Assembly (NCBI RefSeq): GCF_006345805.1
Contig: NC_043001.1
Coordinates: 2,170,001 to 2,234,000 of the forward strand
Direction of reading: 5' to 3'
From: Octopus sinensis
Lineage: Eukaryota
DNA length: 64,000 bases
Shown here: positions 27,291 to 41,282 of the stretch, one piece after another
How positions within the stretch are numbered: position 1 is the stretch's first letter
How the letters are laid out: each line of letters begins with the position of its first letter
Notes under the pieces: model-generated
What the model saw: the letters and a program-made list of their open reading frames with translations, nothing else
Told to the model about the DNA's origin: nothing
Databases searched by the model: none
Made by a program: the position numbers and the translations under genes

Positions 27291-28207
27291 CACTACTTTT
27301 AAGACTATGATATATATATCATAGTTTCTCAAGAATTTCTCAGCATTCCCAACATGTGTCTTCCATTCCTCTGTGTCATATTTAAGTCCTTGGATAGTGC
27401 CTACAGTGTCTTCTAAGAATTGGTTGATCCTGTTTTGCACTGCTCTACCTCTTCCCTATTTGCCATGAGAAAGTTGTCACATAAGAGCAACTAGCTCCAC
27501 CTCGTGACACCAGCAGTAACCAATAAACCTCAGCCTGTTTCTTTTATATTGTCTCTGTCATGTATGGTATGTCTTGGCATAACTTTTTGTTAGTCTTGTG
27601 TTGATGCCTTGGGATATTCAGAATAGAACATAGCATTCTGGTGTGTGTCTGTGTGTCTGTGCACCATTTAAAGTTTTACTTCATTGCAGCTGCAAATGTT
27701 ATCAAATCATGAACGAAACTTGATTCAACTGTAACTCTGAAGAAATCTATTTTAGTTTTTCATGAAAGATTAGATTTGCATATCTTATCCAAACATTTAA
27801 GCGCTCCTCATTCTTTACTAATCCTGATTTCCATATCAGTCTTAGATTCGGACATGTGATGTCCAAGGTATTTGTATGCATTTTTGATTTTTTTCTCCAT
27901 TCAGAGAGAAGCTTTCAATTCCATCCGAGCTGTGAGAGATATATTCCCTTTTTTCAGCAGCTTTGATTTCTTATTCACACACATGCTCTTAGACATTTCT
28001 ATATCTCAGTGACTAAGGTAAGATCATTTGGGATATCAGAGCAATATGACCTTGTGAATAACGATTGAAGAATTATTAAACAATGAATTTGGTATTTGGT
28101 CTCACATTGGAGTGACAAGCCAAGACCCCCATTTAAGATCAGTGCTGTCCAAGGATATAAAACAACAACCAACCTATATATAAAATTAAAACTATGCTTT
28201 AATTTTA

Positions 28208-28612
28208 GATGTGTCTGTATGGTAAAGAAGTTTCCTTCTCAGCCACGTGGTTCCAGGTTCAGTCCCACTGCATGGCACCTTGGGCTAGAGTCCTCTACTA
28301 TGGCCTCAACTGACGAAAGCCTTGTCAAAGGATTTGATAAATGGAAACTGAAAGAAGCCCGTTTTATGACTACATACATACGTGTGTGTGTGTGTGTGTG
28401 TGTGTGTGTTTATCCACTACCACTGTCTGAGAGTAAGTGCTTGTATGTTTACATCCCTGTAACAAAGTGGTTTGGCAAAAGAGACTGATAGAATAAGTAC
28501 CAGCCTTTAAAACAAAGGTACTGGCTTCAATTCGTTGTTTGACTGAAAGTTCTCCAAGACAGTGCCCCAGCATGGTCACAGTCTACTGACAGAAACAAAG
28601 TAAAAGGTAATA
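28208..28612 (+). mobile_element. Family A SINE
   Basis: Full-length match to 63288-63700. Confidence 0.85.
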
Positions 28613-29243
28613 AGCGCTGTATGTTTAGTTCTTTCCTTGCATTTGTGAATCTAAACTTGCTACCAAACTTTCATTTACGGCAACATCACAAAAGTGATCA
28701 GGAGATTTAATTGTCCTGGCAATTTACTGAGAAGAGGATTAATATTTGCTGCAGTATTTTTAATTTCCATTATGTAATAAATAAAAGTGTATAGTTTCTG
28801 AGATGGGAATCTGGTTTTGATGGCTTTGTTTACTGTTCAGTGGCTCTTCCTCTGATTTTATGCCTTAATTAATTATAAGACTATAAAGTGATAGAAGCAA
28901 CAAATAACAACACAAAAAAAAAAAACAAAGACAATCAGTTGAGTTTGTGTAGATGTATTGTTACATAATTCCCTGTGTATTGTATCATGTTCTCATTTAC
29001 TAATTGCATGGCTGTTTTTAATTAGGCTTTGTTTTGTTGAAATTTTGAATCTGAGAATCTCTTAAGAAAGATTCAAAATAATTAGAAATGATGTGTTCTA
29101 TGTTTATTCCTGGCATTACCTAACCATAATTACATTACAGCTTTAGTCGTCTCTCTCAGACATTCCCTGCCCATTCCGATTCTGCATCTCCTCTTGCTCT
29201 CTCTCTCTGTTGGAATGGAGAGGTGGTGATTCCTGCTTCTGGC

Positions 29244-29292
<49 letters not shown>

Positions 29293-30594
29293 GAATGAAC
29301 AAGAAGAAGAAGAAGAAGAAGAAGAAGAAGAAGAAATGAAAGAAAGAAAAGGCAAAAGAAAACTAAGTAAAGAAACAAATAAAAATATATTCCTTTGGTA
29401 ATGTTTAAAACAAATTTGACACAGCCTATTATGCATATTTCATTTTTAATCCAAATTCCTCAGGCATGTGCAAATCTCTCGTACCATTTCCATGTAAAAA
29501 ATAAAACAAAATAAAAACAAATCTAATAAATAGAATAATAAAATGTCGTGAAGAGAGAGAGAAAAGGCGAAATTATTTCTTGGTTTATGGCAGCAAATGG
29601 GAGTGAATTTAGTTGGGGAATATCTGTGAATGATATCAGAAAGTAATGGCGGAGAACAAGACATAGAAATTTATATGAAGCTAAACAGAGAAAGTTTTAT
29701 TTTATGGAAGTGGAAATGGAATTCAGCAAATACCAATATAGGGATTTGAAAATATTAAATAATATTGTACAGAGAGACCCAAATGTATGGATTGCTCGTT
29801 AACGTGTTAGTTAATGAATCTGAATGTAGTCTATCCTTTATTTATCTTTTTCTTTGTTGAATATTTTATTGTCAATCATAAAATTTGGATATTGTTGCAG
29901 TTGGCAGCAAAGACGAGAGGTTGTTAATTAGTTGCAGACAATTTGTAAATGCAGGTAGCAAGTCTCTATGGGTGATGACTGCAATCAGGAGATGGGGTTC
30001 ACATGGAACATTCTCTCTCTCTCAGAAACGTAAAAGGCATTTCCTCCTCTGGTGAACATTAAAATACATATTTGATAAGGTCGGCAGCGGCAAAGGCTGG
30101 CTGCAGAATACATTAATGAATAAATTTCTGACACTTACTTACTCAGGTGGTTTTGCTACGTTATGTCATAGAAATTCCATTTGAATTAGTTCTGTTGTTT
30201 AACCCAGGGTCAGTATTGATCATTAGGGCTGCCCTATGATAAAAAGCAGTCCAACCACGACAGACCTTCACTCTTCAAATAGCATAACTGTACACTTATA
30301 TATTCCTATGTGTCCTTCTTGCTTCAAGATACTACAAAGTGATTAAATGGGAATTTGGCTGCTATTTATAGTAAGTCTGGTGTTAACACATTTGCTCCAG
30401 CATTGCCTTGTTATATCAATTGATATTGTTGTTGTTGTAGATGCTGATGTTTAACCCCAGGTCAGTCATGACTGTGCATGCCTATGATCAAAGGTGTTCC
30501 GGCCATGATCATACTGTTGGTTTTTTAACCCTAGGCCAGCCCTGGTTTAGCACATCTATGACCAGTGGTAAATCAATCACTGATATTGTTATGA

Positions 30595-31230
30595 CAGTTT
30601 CAAATTTTGGCACAAGGCCAGCAATTGTATGGAGAAGCGATAAGTCAATTACATTGACTCTCAGTATGTTACTGGTACTTATTTTGCCAGCCCTAAAAGA
30701 ATAAAAGGCAAAGTCAACCTCAGTGGAATTTGAACTCAGAGTGTAAAGATGGACAAAATACTGCTAAGCAGATTTCTTGGTGTACGAAAAGGATTTTGTG
30801 AGCTTTGCTACCTGATTCATGTTGATGTAACAAAGCAGCAAGCTGGTACAATCGTTAGCATGTTGGGCGAAATGCACAGCGGTATTTCGTCTGTCTTTAC
30901 GTTCTGAGTTCAAATTCTGCTGAGGTCGACTTTGCCTTTCATTCTTTCAGGGTTGATTAAATAAGTACCAGTTACGCACTGGGGTCGATGCAATCGACTT
31001 AATCCGTTTGTCTGTCCTTGTTTGTCCTCTCTGTGTTTAGCCCCTTGTGGGTAGTAAAGAAATAGGTATTTCATCTGCCGTTGTGTTCTGAGTTTAAATT
31101 CTGCCAAGGTCGACTTTGCCTTTCATCCTTTCGGAGTCAATAAATAAAGTACCAGTTGCATAGTGGGGTCGATCTAATTGACTGGCCCTCTCCCCCCAAA
31201 TTTCGGGCATTGTGCCTTGAGTAGGAAAGA
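30595..31230. mobile_element. Family B tRNA-derived SINEs: minus copy 30595-30810 and plus compound copy 30834-31230
   Basis: B-box GAGTTCAAATTC followed by GCCTTTCATCCTTTCGGRGTCRATAAATAAAGTACCAG, which resembles the Meta/MESC SINE central domain. Other copies at ~24535-24660 (-), 43600-43795, 50822-51035, 58350-58548 and 62690-62770 (-). Confidence 0.8.
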
Positions 31231-32284
31231 ATATTGATGTAATTACCAAATCTTGGAACTTCTCTTGCCATACAAAATCATAGGATCCGTGGAGTCTGGA
31301 ACAGGATGAATGATTCTTATTCTTGTAACCCAAAAGCACTGGAATACATTCAGTTACCAGGATGTCAGGCATAGAAGACTACACTGGATTGAAAACCTAA
31401 TGAAGGAAAACTCTGAGAGGCCACTTCTTGTTCTGCCAAGTGTAGTTGCTAGATTTCCACAAAATTCATCAAATCTTCAAAAACAAAGGACATGTTTGGA
31501 TCATGCAGTCCTAGAAATAGAGTGTTTGAAATTAAGATGTGATGGTCACAAGCAGAACACATTTGTTCAGCAGTCTGGCTGATCTAATCTTAAACAACAA
31601 CAACAACAATAACAAGCAACAACAACAGTTACTCTGTATTCTCTAGAACCATCAAATGGATCTGAAACTGACAAAACCCTAACCCTAATCCTATTGTGCA
31701 CCCATTTCAAAGAGGCATAAACTGTTTCTATTCATGGCCCTATATAAACCGTATTTCTTCTAGAAATAAATTTAGGTGCAACTGACAAACAATGAGTGCA
31801 CAATGACACCGGTAATAAAATATGAACCAATACAATATTGTTGTCTAAAAGCAGATTCTAAGGAAAACTAGAATATAAGAATGGTTTCTGTTGGTAAAAG
31901 TGCAACAGAATGATTTGAAACAATGGAATACTTTGAAGGTGAAGAAAATTCTAACCGTTTTGTTTAACACCTGTTTTTCGAATTAAATAAAGTTTTGAGA
32001 GGGAAGTATTTGAGGCCCAATTTTTAGGTTTGGCTCATCTCCCTGTCACCAACTTTTTTAATGTTTTGCAATTAAAGGAAGTTAAATTCTAAACGAATTA
32101 GAAAGTAAGGAGATAATGGACTTTTTGTCAACAAGAAATGTGAATAGAAATGTCTAATTGTAACCCAGTCACAAACTGTTAAGTCACAGTTTGTAACTCA
32201 GCTGTAGATTGTGGCGTCACCATCTGAAGCTGAGCTCATCTCTTGTTGTAAATATTTGCATTGTCACACACACGCACAGTCTTC

Positions 32285-32320
<36 letters not shown>

Positions 32321-32340
32321 CATGCATGGATACATATGAT

Positions 32341-32922
32341 GGAGGCATGAATATGGCTCAGTGGTTAAGAAGCTTGCTGCTTAATAATATTATTCTGGGT
32401 TCGATCCCACTTTGGAGCTTCTCAGGCAAATATTTTCTCTAGCCATGAGCTAACCAAAAGTTTGTGCAAGAATCTGGTAGATGGACACTGAAAGAGGCCT
32501 GCCATGTGTTTGTGTGTGTTGTGTGTGTGTATGTGTGTGTTAGTGTGTTAGTGTGTGTGTATAAGTGTGTTTGTTCTCCACCATTGACTGTCAATTAGTG
32601 TTGGTTTATTTACATCCCTGTAACTTTCTGCTCAGAAAAAAGAGATCAAGAGAACTTGTACCAAACTATTAAAAAATAAGTACTGCGGTTGGTTTGTCTT
32701 CATTAAGCTCTTCAAGGCAGTGCCCCAGCATGGCCACAGTCCAATGACTGAAACATATAAAAGACAACAAGATAGACAATGAGTTTTTTTCTGCAGTTTC
32801 CATCTTCCAAATTCTTTCACAAGGCATTTTCCAGGTCAAGGTTCCCGAAGAGACTTGGCCAAGGAATGAACCAGCAACCATGAGCTTGTGAAATGAACTT
32901 CTAAATTACACAACCACGTCTG
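32341..32922. mobile_element. Family A SINE (+, 32341-32765) followed by an inverted 5' fragment (-, 32785-32922)
   Basis: Similar to the 63288 copy on both strands. Confidence 0.75.
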
Positions 32923-33877
32923 TGAGTCAGTGTTAGTTGAAACGATTGCACTAATGAATAGACACGTTAAGCAAACAGCCTGAGGACTGAACAACCAGCT
33001 ATATAATTCGAATCTGTGTGTCACTTGCCGTTTAATTCTGGTTAGATTGATTATTTAATCAGTTCATATATGACTAAATTTTATTTCCTTTACACTTGCA
33101 TCTGTTGCCTCTGTACAAGAGATGGCTTGGAGAGATGTTCAGAGCAATGCTCAGGATCTGTGCAGAGTTGGTGATAACAGCGAAACACGTAGACCAGTAT
33201 TCGTTCAGCTGTGTGAATGGGTGTGTTTGCTAAAATAAAATTTAAAGTGCATTCTCTGAGAAAAGGTTCAATGACTTAGTAATTGGAGTTACACAACTGA
33301 TTAGGTGTTATTACGGAATTAAGGATTTCACATTTGCAGCATTTTAAGCCTGATTTGAACTTGAGAAACTCAACTGATCGACTGACTGTGTTTGCAGGTT
33401 CATTAATATGACTAACAAAATCATTACTGTTGATGCGGTTTTTGTAGTTGTTGTTGTTGCTATTGCTAAGCAGCCTCAGTGTTTTCCAATTGAACAGACC
33501 CAAGGCATAATGGTAACCAATCAAATGAAGCAATCAATCAGCCATCCCACCCTTGCCCATCCTGTGTTTATTCAATTCTATTTAATTCAATTTATTGTCC
33601 TTTAAACAAATGCAATGAAAAGTAGAATTGATTTAAGCTCTAGGGCTTTTTCTATGATTTCAGAAATAAAATGTATGGACATTGCTACCCTGTTTTTTAA
33701 AATGGCATGGAATTTGTGAAGGACGTTTTCATGTAGCATTTCAAAAATTGTGTGACTCATTGAAGAATGCCCAGTGGGGGTGTCTCACTAATATCAACAT
33801 TTGAAACCATAGAAGGGAACAGGAAACAGTTTTCAAAAAGTCCCATGATATTTCAATCATTGAAAAAAGCTAGATAT

Positions 33878-34400
33878 AGGCACAAGCATGGCCGTATGGT
33901 AAGACATTCGCTTACCAACCACAGGGCTCTGGGTTCAGTCCCACTGCATGGAAACTTGGACAAGTGTCTTCTACTATAGCCTTGGGCTAACCAAAGCCTT
34001 GTGAGGGAATTTGGTAGAGGGAAACTGGAAGAAGCCCAATGTATATATGTAATTGCATGTGTGTGTGTGTGTGTGTATCTTTGTGTCTGTATTTGTCCCT
34101 CACCACTATTTCACGACTGGTGTTGGTGTGTTTTTGTTCCTCAGGTACTGGGGGTTAACTCATTCAATTAAAGTTTTTTGTGCCCCAGCATGGCCGCAGT
34201 CTAATGACAGAAACAAGTAAAAGATAAAAAGAAGATTGGCACAGTTGTGACTGTGTTGTGCAGTTATGAAGTTTGGCTTTGTACCTATGTTGTTTTAGGT
34301 TCAATCCTGCTGTGGCACTTAAAGTAGTGTCTTCATCTATAACACAACTAATGCCTTGTGACCAAAGTTTGTCAATGGAAACTGTACAGAAGCCTGTCAT
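33878..34400 (+). mobile_element. Family A SINE (33878-34230) plus an older head fragment (34238-34400)
   Basis: A/B-box head, central (TG)n, ACAAGTAAAAGA tail. Confidence 0.8.
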
Positions 34401-34524
34401 ATATATATATATATATGTTCCTCTTGAGTGTTGGGCCACACAGAGGCAATGACTAAGACCTTTGGCAATATGTTGTGCTTGAGAAGAAGACCCATCAAGC
34501 CAAGCAAAATCGTAGTCATGACAG

Positions 34525-34810
34525 ACACCAGTGTCACACAAAGGGCACCTGTGCCAGAGGCACGTAAAAGCACCCTGGTGTCACACAAAGGACACCTGTG
34601 CCAGAGGCACATAAAAGCACCCCGGTGTCACACAAAGGGCACCTGTGCCAGAGGCACGTAAAAGCACCCTGGTATCACACAAAGGGCACCTGTGCCAGAG
34701 GCACGTAAAAGCACCCCGGTGTCACACAAAGGGCACCTGTGCCAGTGGAACGTAAAAGCACCCTGGTGTCACACAAATGGCACCTGTGCCAGTGGCACAT
34801 AAAAGCACCC
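34525..34810 (+). repeat. 47-bp minisatellite, 6 units, inside a family C element (~34420-35000)
   Basis: Unit CACCCYGGTGTCACACAAAGGGCACCTGTGCCAGAGGCACGTAAAAG starts at ~34525, 34571, 34618, 34665, 34712 and 34759. Confidence 0.95.
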
Positions 34811-34956
34811 ATTACACTCTCAACGTGGCTGGGATTAGGAAAGGCATCTAGATGTAGAAAACAATGCCAAATCAGACTAGAGTCTGGTGCAACCTTCTAG
34901 TGTACCAGCCTTAGTCAAACCATCCAACCCATGCCAGCATGAACACCGGACGTTAA

Positions 34957-35000
<44 letters not shown>

Positions 35001-35689
35001 ATGCATATAATCAAAATTTAGAAACTTTGAGAGATATGAAGTAAGTCTATTGTTCTAACTGTGGAATTTGAAGTCTTGCTTTGATATAATGGTTCGTATG
35101 GCTGTCATGTTCACAGAAAATGTGGATTCAAGTTTCTTGGGTAGAGTTTGAAATTTCTCCATCCAAAGGTATTTTTAAACTAATATTCTGCACACTATTA
35201 CTTATGTTTTATCTACTTTGTTTCACCATTAAAAATATGTGTAATTAACATAGATTATGAAACAGCTGTAAGCTAATGGAATAAAAATCTAATTACCAAC
35301 TTAAATTTCTCTGATCAGAGACACACACACACACACATAAACACACACACACATACACACACACATAATATGTGTCATAATTCGTGTTAGTTACATAATT
35401 GACATTAGATCATCCTTCACACAAATATAAAATATCTTTATAAATGTATATTTAGATTCGTATACATAAATGTGGTGTAATATAACTGAGAGACTACTCT
35501 TCAGAACATTTCATGGCTGGTTAAAACTTATAGTTGTGTGTGAGTGTGTGTATGTATTTATGTATATATGTGTGTATAACTATATATGTATATGTATTAA
35601 CAAAGGATTGCGATGCCTGATGCCTGGCCATACTCAAGATGATCCATACCCTGCAGCAGAAGTGTTCAGATTGATCCTTCTGGTTGTGT

Positions 35690-36105
35690 GACGCACTCGT
35701 GATTGTGCCATATAAAAGTGTCTGTGTGGTGTCTCGCATAAAAGCATCCATGTGGAAACATGTAAAAGTGTCCATGTGGCATCATGTAAATACACCAATG
35801 CAGTGTCACATAAAAACACCTGTGCAGTGCCACATAAAATTGCCCATGTGGCAACACGTGAAAGTGCCCATGTGGTGTCATGTAAAAGTGCCCAAGCAGG
35901 GTCACATAAAAGTGCCATGCTGCATAAAAGCACCCAGCACACTCTGTAGAGTGGATGATGTTAGGAAGGGTATCCAGCCATAGAAACCATGCCGTATCAG
36001 ACTGTAGGCTGGTGCAGCCCCCTGGCTTGCCAGCTCTGGTCATACCTTCCAACCCATGATAGCATGGACAATGGATGTTAAATGATGATGAGGATAATGA
36101 TGATA
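35690..36105 (+). mobile_element. Family C element with ~10 diverged ~23-bp subrepeats (35700-35935)
   Basis: Units like GTGCCCATGTGGYRTCAYGTAAAA, followed by the RTE-type tail. Confidence 0.8.
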
Positions 36106-38153
36106 TATGTATATATATATGTGTGTGTGCATGTGTGTGTGTGGAAACAGTTATTGGGATTAATAAATTCTTGTGTATTCCATCTTCAGTCTTTCAGTTG
36201 CCATATATATATATACACACACACAAAGACATATATATACATACACACATATATACACATACATATATATGTATGAGTGTATGTATGCATATACATACAC
36301 ACACACACACGTATATGAGTATGTTGATATCATCATCATCCTTTAATTTAAGGTTCCTCTTCCATGCTGGATGGGTGGATGGTTTGACAGGATCCACCAA
36401 GCAAGGGGGTGGAGGACTCATTCTCCATTAACCATATTATTCTGGGCCAATTGATGTTGGTAAGAATGCTGTCCGTTGTCGTTTTTGAGATGAACTTTCA
36501 TCAATACAGCTGAATTATCTCATCATTACAATTATAATTTCAATTACATTATCAATTTCTTCTTATTTGCAAGGTTGTCTAAATTTTCCTATTTTGCTAG
36601 AAGATTGCATTCATTGGTCTACCAGCCAAAGGTTTGAACATTCACATCTCATCCCTGGCATCACAGTGAGACCACAGCCAAAACACATAACCACCGAGAG
36701 CAGCCAAATTTAGCCAACTGTACAATATGAAACATGTCATGAATTGACGAAGCTGATATCTCTTTCGAGTAAATACACAACAACTAGATGTTAACCATTT
36801 TCTTATCATATTTCTCTTGAAATTCACTATTTCAATTAATTTTTAAAATAATGAAGAATTTAGTAAAATAAGTTTCTTGTTATAAGCTGATGCTTAGAAC
36901 AAGGATTAACAGGAAATTTTGATGGATCAAGGTTTTAATGTAATCACTTTAAGGCGTTTGTTACCATATTTACATTAAAACACACTGACTTCATTCCCGT
37001 GAATGCTGAAAATAATAAAATAACCCTGGTGAAATTTCGATAGAAGGTTTTAAATTAGTTCATTTTGAAATGGAAAGTTTGTATCACAGAACCAGGAATC
37101 ATTTAAAGAGGGCTTGAATCAAAACGGTTGAAGTAAAGCTGTTATTGAAGAATCTCAAAGATTAAGCCAAATGAAGATAAGTTATGTTTTTTACAAATAC
37201 TACCTATACCAGCATGAAAAGTGACTGCTTAAGTATTTGATAATAATTAATATTCATTGTGCCTCGAAATCATTTGCCTAATGCAGCATAAAACATGAGC
37301 AAAAATGGCAAAAATTGATCCATGATCGATAATGTCTATATTTAAATCTCCCTAAGGTAATTCTTTCATGCACCAATGCAATTAGGAATTGATATGGACC
37401 AATTTCATTAACAATATATTTGATGAGTCCAAATAAACTCCTAAACTTTGCTCTATTCCATTGTAACCAAGAAATATTGCCTTTGGCGCCTGATGGAAAG
37501 GTGATTTTCGGAACAAGTAAATTTAATTACTGCTGGCTCAAACTTTAAGTGTGCTTTCGATGACAGCTGTTTGGCAGAATATGTTAAATGTTATATAAAT
37601 GAAATAGCAATGAAATTAGATTTTTAAAGAACTATAACGATGTAAATAAATTGTTCAATGAATCTTTTCTACGAATGTCTTCCTTTTCAATGATGACACA
37701 TCGGAATATACTATACAGATACAAATATGTATGCACGTGTGTATACACGTACACACACACATATATACACATGCACACATGTACACACACATATACATGC
37801 ATCTATTTATGTATGTTAACAAGTACATTTATGTATAATTCTGCACATGTATATATTTATATATATACATATATACATGTATGTGTGTGTGTGTATGTAC
37901 ACATATATATGTGTATGTATATATATATATTATATAAATATATACATGATAAATGTATATATGTATGTGTGTGTATATGTATACGTATGTATATATCTAT
38001 AGCTATCTATATGTGTATGTATGCATGTACACATACACACACACAGACGTGTGTGCATGCATATATATTGTTATGCAGAAATGTATGCATGTGTGCACAT
38101 GTAAATCTTACATAATTTCTCTATCAGTATGTGTGTGTGTGTATAAATTTATG

Positions 38154-38224
<71 letters not shown>

Positions 38225-38827
38225 TATTCTTACATTCTATCTCTCAGATACATCAGTAAAGTTTAGAAAACTTGTTTGTTTTCTTTTAGAAATATTTCCC
38301 AGCTTCAGATCACAAGATTTCTCTGCTACTGATATTTTAAACAATCAAATTGCTCAATCAATTATATGCATTTATAGACCCTATTACATCAGTGTGTGTT
38401 CATCTGTTTGCGTATTTTCATAGAAGGAGTTTTTTTTTCAAGGCAACATACAGCCACATTCCTTCGTAAACACTTGTTTAATCTTTATTCATTTTAGGAA
38501 ATGGATGTTAAATTGATGATTATAATAATTCTGGGACATATTAATTCATCTTGAAATAAATTTTTTTTCGAAAAGTATTGATTTTGTGTGTTTATTCTCT
38601 CATGTTTGAAATCTCCGAATGCATTGTGTCTTTACACTTATGAAATGTATCCCAATTCCTTCCAATCACTGTATTTCTTATGATACAACACAGAAACATA
38701 ACAAATCTGTTTGTCTTGGTGAAATGAGTCACACTCGGTAACAAGTTTATAACATACAGGCTTATGGACAAGTAATCTTCATATATATCTGTGTGTGTGT
38801 ATATATGTATATATGTATATATATACA

Positions 38828-39149
38828 GGTGAGGGCGCGTGGCTTAGTGGTTAGGGCATTCGGCTCATGCTCGTAAGGTTGTGAGTTCGATTCCTGGCGA
38901 CGCGTTGTGTCCTTGAGCAAGACACTTTATTTCACGCTGCTCCAGTCCACTCAGCTGGCAAAAATGAGTTGTACTTGTATTTCAAAGGGTCAGCCTTGTC
39001 ACTCTCTGTGTCACTCTGATTATCCCCGAGAACTACGTTAAGGGTACACGTGTCTGTGGAATGCTCAGCCATTTGCACGTTAATTTCACGAGCAAGCTGC
39101 TCCGTTGATCGTATCAGCTGGGACCCTCGTCGTCGTAACCGGCGGAGTC
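38828..39149 (+). mobile_element. tRNA-derived SINE (family D), CpG-rich and probably young
   Basis: A box TGGCTTAGTGG, B box GAGTTCGATTCC, then GTGTCCTTGAGCAAGACACTTT, and a T-run at the end. Related copies at ~40090-40335 (-) and ~44800-44990. Confidence 0.85.
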
Positions 39150-39194
39150 TTTTTTTTTTTTATATATACATACATATATATATATATATATATG

Positions 39195-39893
39195 TTAAGG
39201 TATGTAGAAAAATACAACATGGACAAGAACGTATAACTCAAGAAGACGACACAATAAACACGGACAGGACATTCGAAACTCTCAGTCTTCAGTCAAGAAC
39301 CGGATCATCGTAGTAATTTCGGCTGATTAATCTTGAGATTACTAGATCACGGCCAGCCCTCCAAGAAAAACTAAGCAACGAGCATTAGAAAAACTAAGCT
39401 GGGAGCGTAGATTTCCTGGAAGAAGGATCGAATGCATACGGACACCAGGACAGCAAAAAGGACGAATATAAAAAAACAAAAAAATAATGGAATACAGAAA
39501 CATGAAATACAGAAGCATTAACGGTGAAAACAACAACAAGTGTCTTACGACTGATAACAAGCAAACAAATTTTTTCTCTGGCGCGAGGAAAGGAGCCTTA
39601 TCGGCGATGCCTATAGCGGCGGACGAAAAACAACGATGTTAACACGACGCTGGTCAGAAGCTGAAAGGCAGATTTCGGCCAGCAGTCACGTGACAGAGAA
39701 GAGAGAAAAGAAAAGAAAGAGAAGCAACGGAAGAGAGAGAGAGAGGAGAGAGAGAGAGGAGGGACAAACGCAACAAAGAGAGAGAAGAGAGAGAAGGAAG
39801 GAATCAGAGAGGAGAAGGGATGGGTGTCGAAGAGCGACCTGTGAGTGCAGAGCAAGACAAAGAAATAGGAGGGTAGTGGAAGATTAGACCAAA

Positions 39894-39895
<2 letters not shown>
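39195..39895. mobile_element. Unclassified CpG-retaining interspersed repeat between (TA)n arrays
   Basis: The CpG-rich block differs from the background and is bounded by TA microsatellites. No diagnostic protein motif was recognised. Confidence 0.35.
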
Positions 39896-39965
<70 letters not shown>

Positions 39966-41282
39966 TATATATGTATATATATATGTATATATATATATAT
40001 ATTTGTGTGTGTATATATGTATATGTACGTATATATCTATATCTATCTATCTTTATATACCTGTATTTATATGTATAAATATAAATATATCACGGTATCG
40101 CAGTGTTGACTAGACTATCGGATGCTGTTCTACATTGCTGGTCACAATGCGCTTCACATTGTTCTATTTTCTTGTATTCTGTTGCAGGGTTAACCATTCA
40201 CAGCTGAGTGAACTGGAGCAATGTGAAATGAAGTGTTTTGCTCAAGAACAGAATACATCACCTGGTCAGGGAATTGAACTCTTGATCTCGTGGGTGTGAG
40301 TGCAATGGCCTAACCACTAGACCATCCATCTTCAAATATACGTATGTATATTTGTATATTTTGGTTTAATGATAGAATGTCTCTCATGCTTGCAAAAGAT
40401 GTAGGTTCAAATTCCACAAGTTGGTCAACATTTCACTTCTGCTAATCAAAGGAATTTTTTTACTCTATATTAAAAATATTTTAAATGTCAAATATAATTT
40501 GTAGTGTATTATGGTGGTGCAACAAAATACTGTGTCCCAACAGGTCCTTAATGTATACGTACCCACTTTCAGAAACGTGTCTTATATGTAAAATTGGTTC
40601 ATCCAATAATGTTACACTGCTGTATTTAGGGGTTATTTAAGTAATAGGTTCATGGATGATTAATGGGCTGTAAAAAGCACCCACTACACTCATGGAATGG
40701 TTGACGTGAGGAAGGGCATCCGGCTGTTGAAACCTTGTCAGATCAGATTGGAGCCTGGTGCAGCCTCCTGGCTCATCAGTCTTCAGTCAAACGTAGTGTA
40801 CTGGGTGCTTTTTATGTGGCACCAACACCAGTGAGGTCACCAAACAACTTGCAAGACAAAAACAAGAAAAAGAGAAATCCCCTTTGGTTGAGTGAGGATG
40901 TATTTGAGATTGGGAGATGGCTTTATGCCAGATACTAAGGGACTAAATATGACAGAGGTACAAGCACAGGTGTCTTTGTATAAGAGGAGAAACATGGCTA
41001 CCATGCATTATGTAAGGTTGAGTGGGGTTAGTTTGAAAGAAGATAGAAATGGTGGTGATGTGGTGCCATAGCAGCATATGGACATTGGATCAAAGGTTAA
41101 GAAGAGGGAGGAGGGGAATTTCATTAAAGTATGAGAAGAGGGTAATAGATGGGGGTAGGAGTGAATGTATTGAAGGATGGACTATGGTGAAGTTGCAGTT
41201 GGTGGTAGATATCAATAATCAGGAGGTGAGGTGAGGTAAGAGTGGCTCAGAAAGATAGAAAGTGGGGAGAAGCTAAAATCTG

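Noticed and set aside
33153-33196. GTTG-gtgataa-CAGC-GAAAC-AC-GTA-GACC, a hammerhead-like 3' half
   Set aside because: The upstream core reads CTGTGCAGA rather than CUGANGA, and no second copy exists in the window to support it.
34525-34810. Regularly spaced palindromic repeats resembling a CRISPR array
   Set aside because: The units are contiguous with no unique spacers, lie inside a retroelement in eukaryotic DNA, and have no cas genes nearby.
38828-38905. tRNA-like sequence with A and B boxes (also at 51311 and 63288)
   Set aside because: No complete cloverleaf or acceptor stem, and it continues into a SINE body, so these are SINE heads rather than tRNA genes.
39260-39330. Minus-strand CTGAAGA near CGAAT and CCGAAAT
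   Set aside because: Could not be folded into a consistent hammerhead topology by eye.
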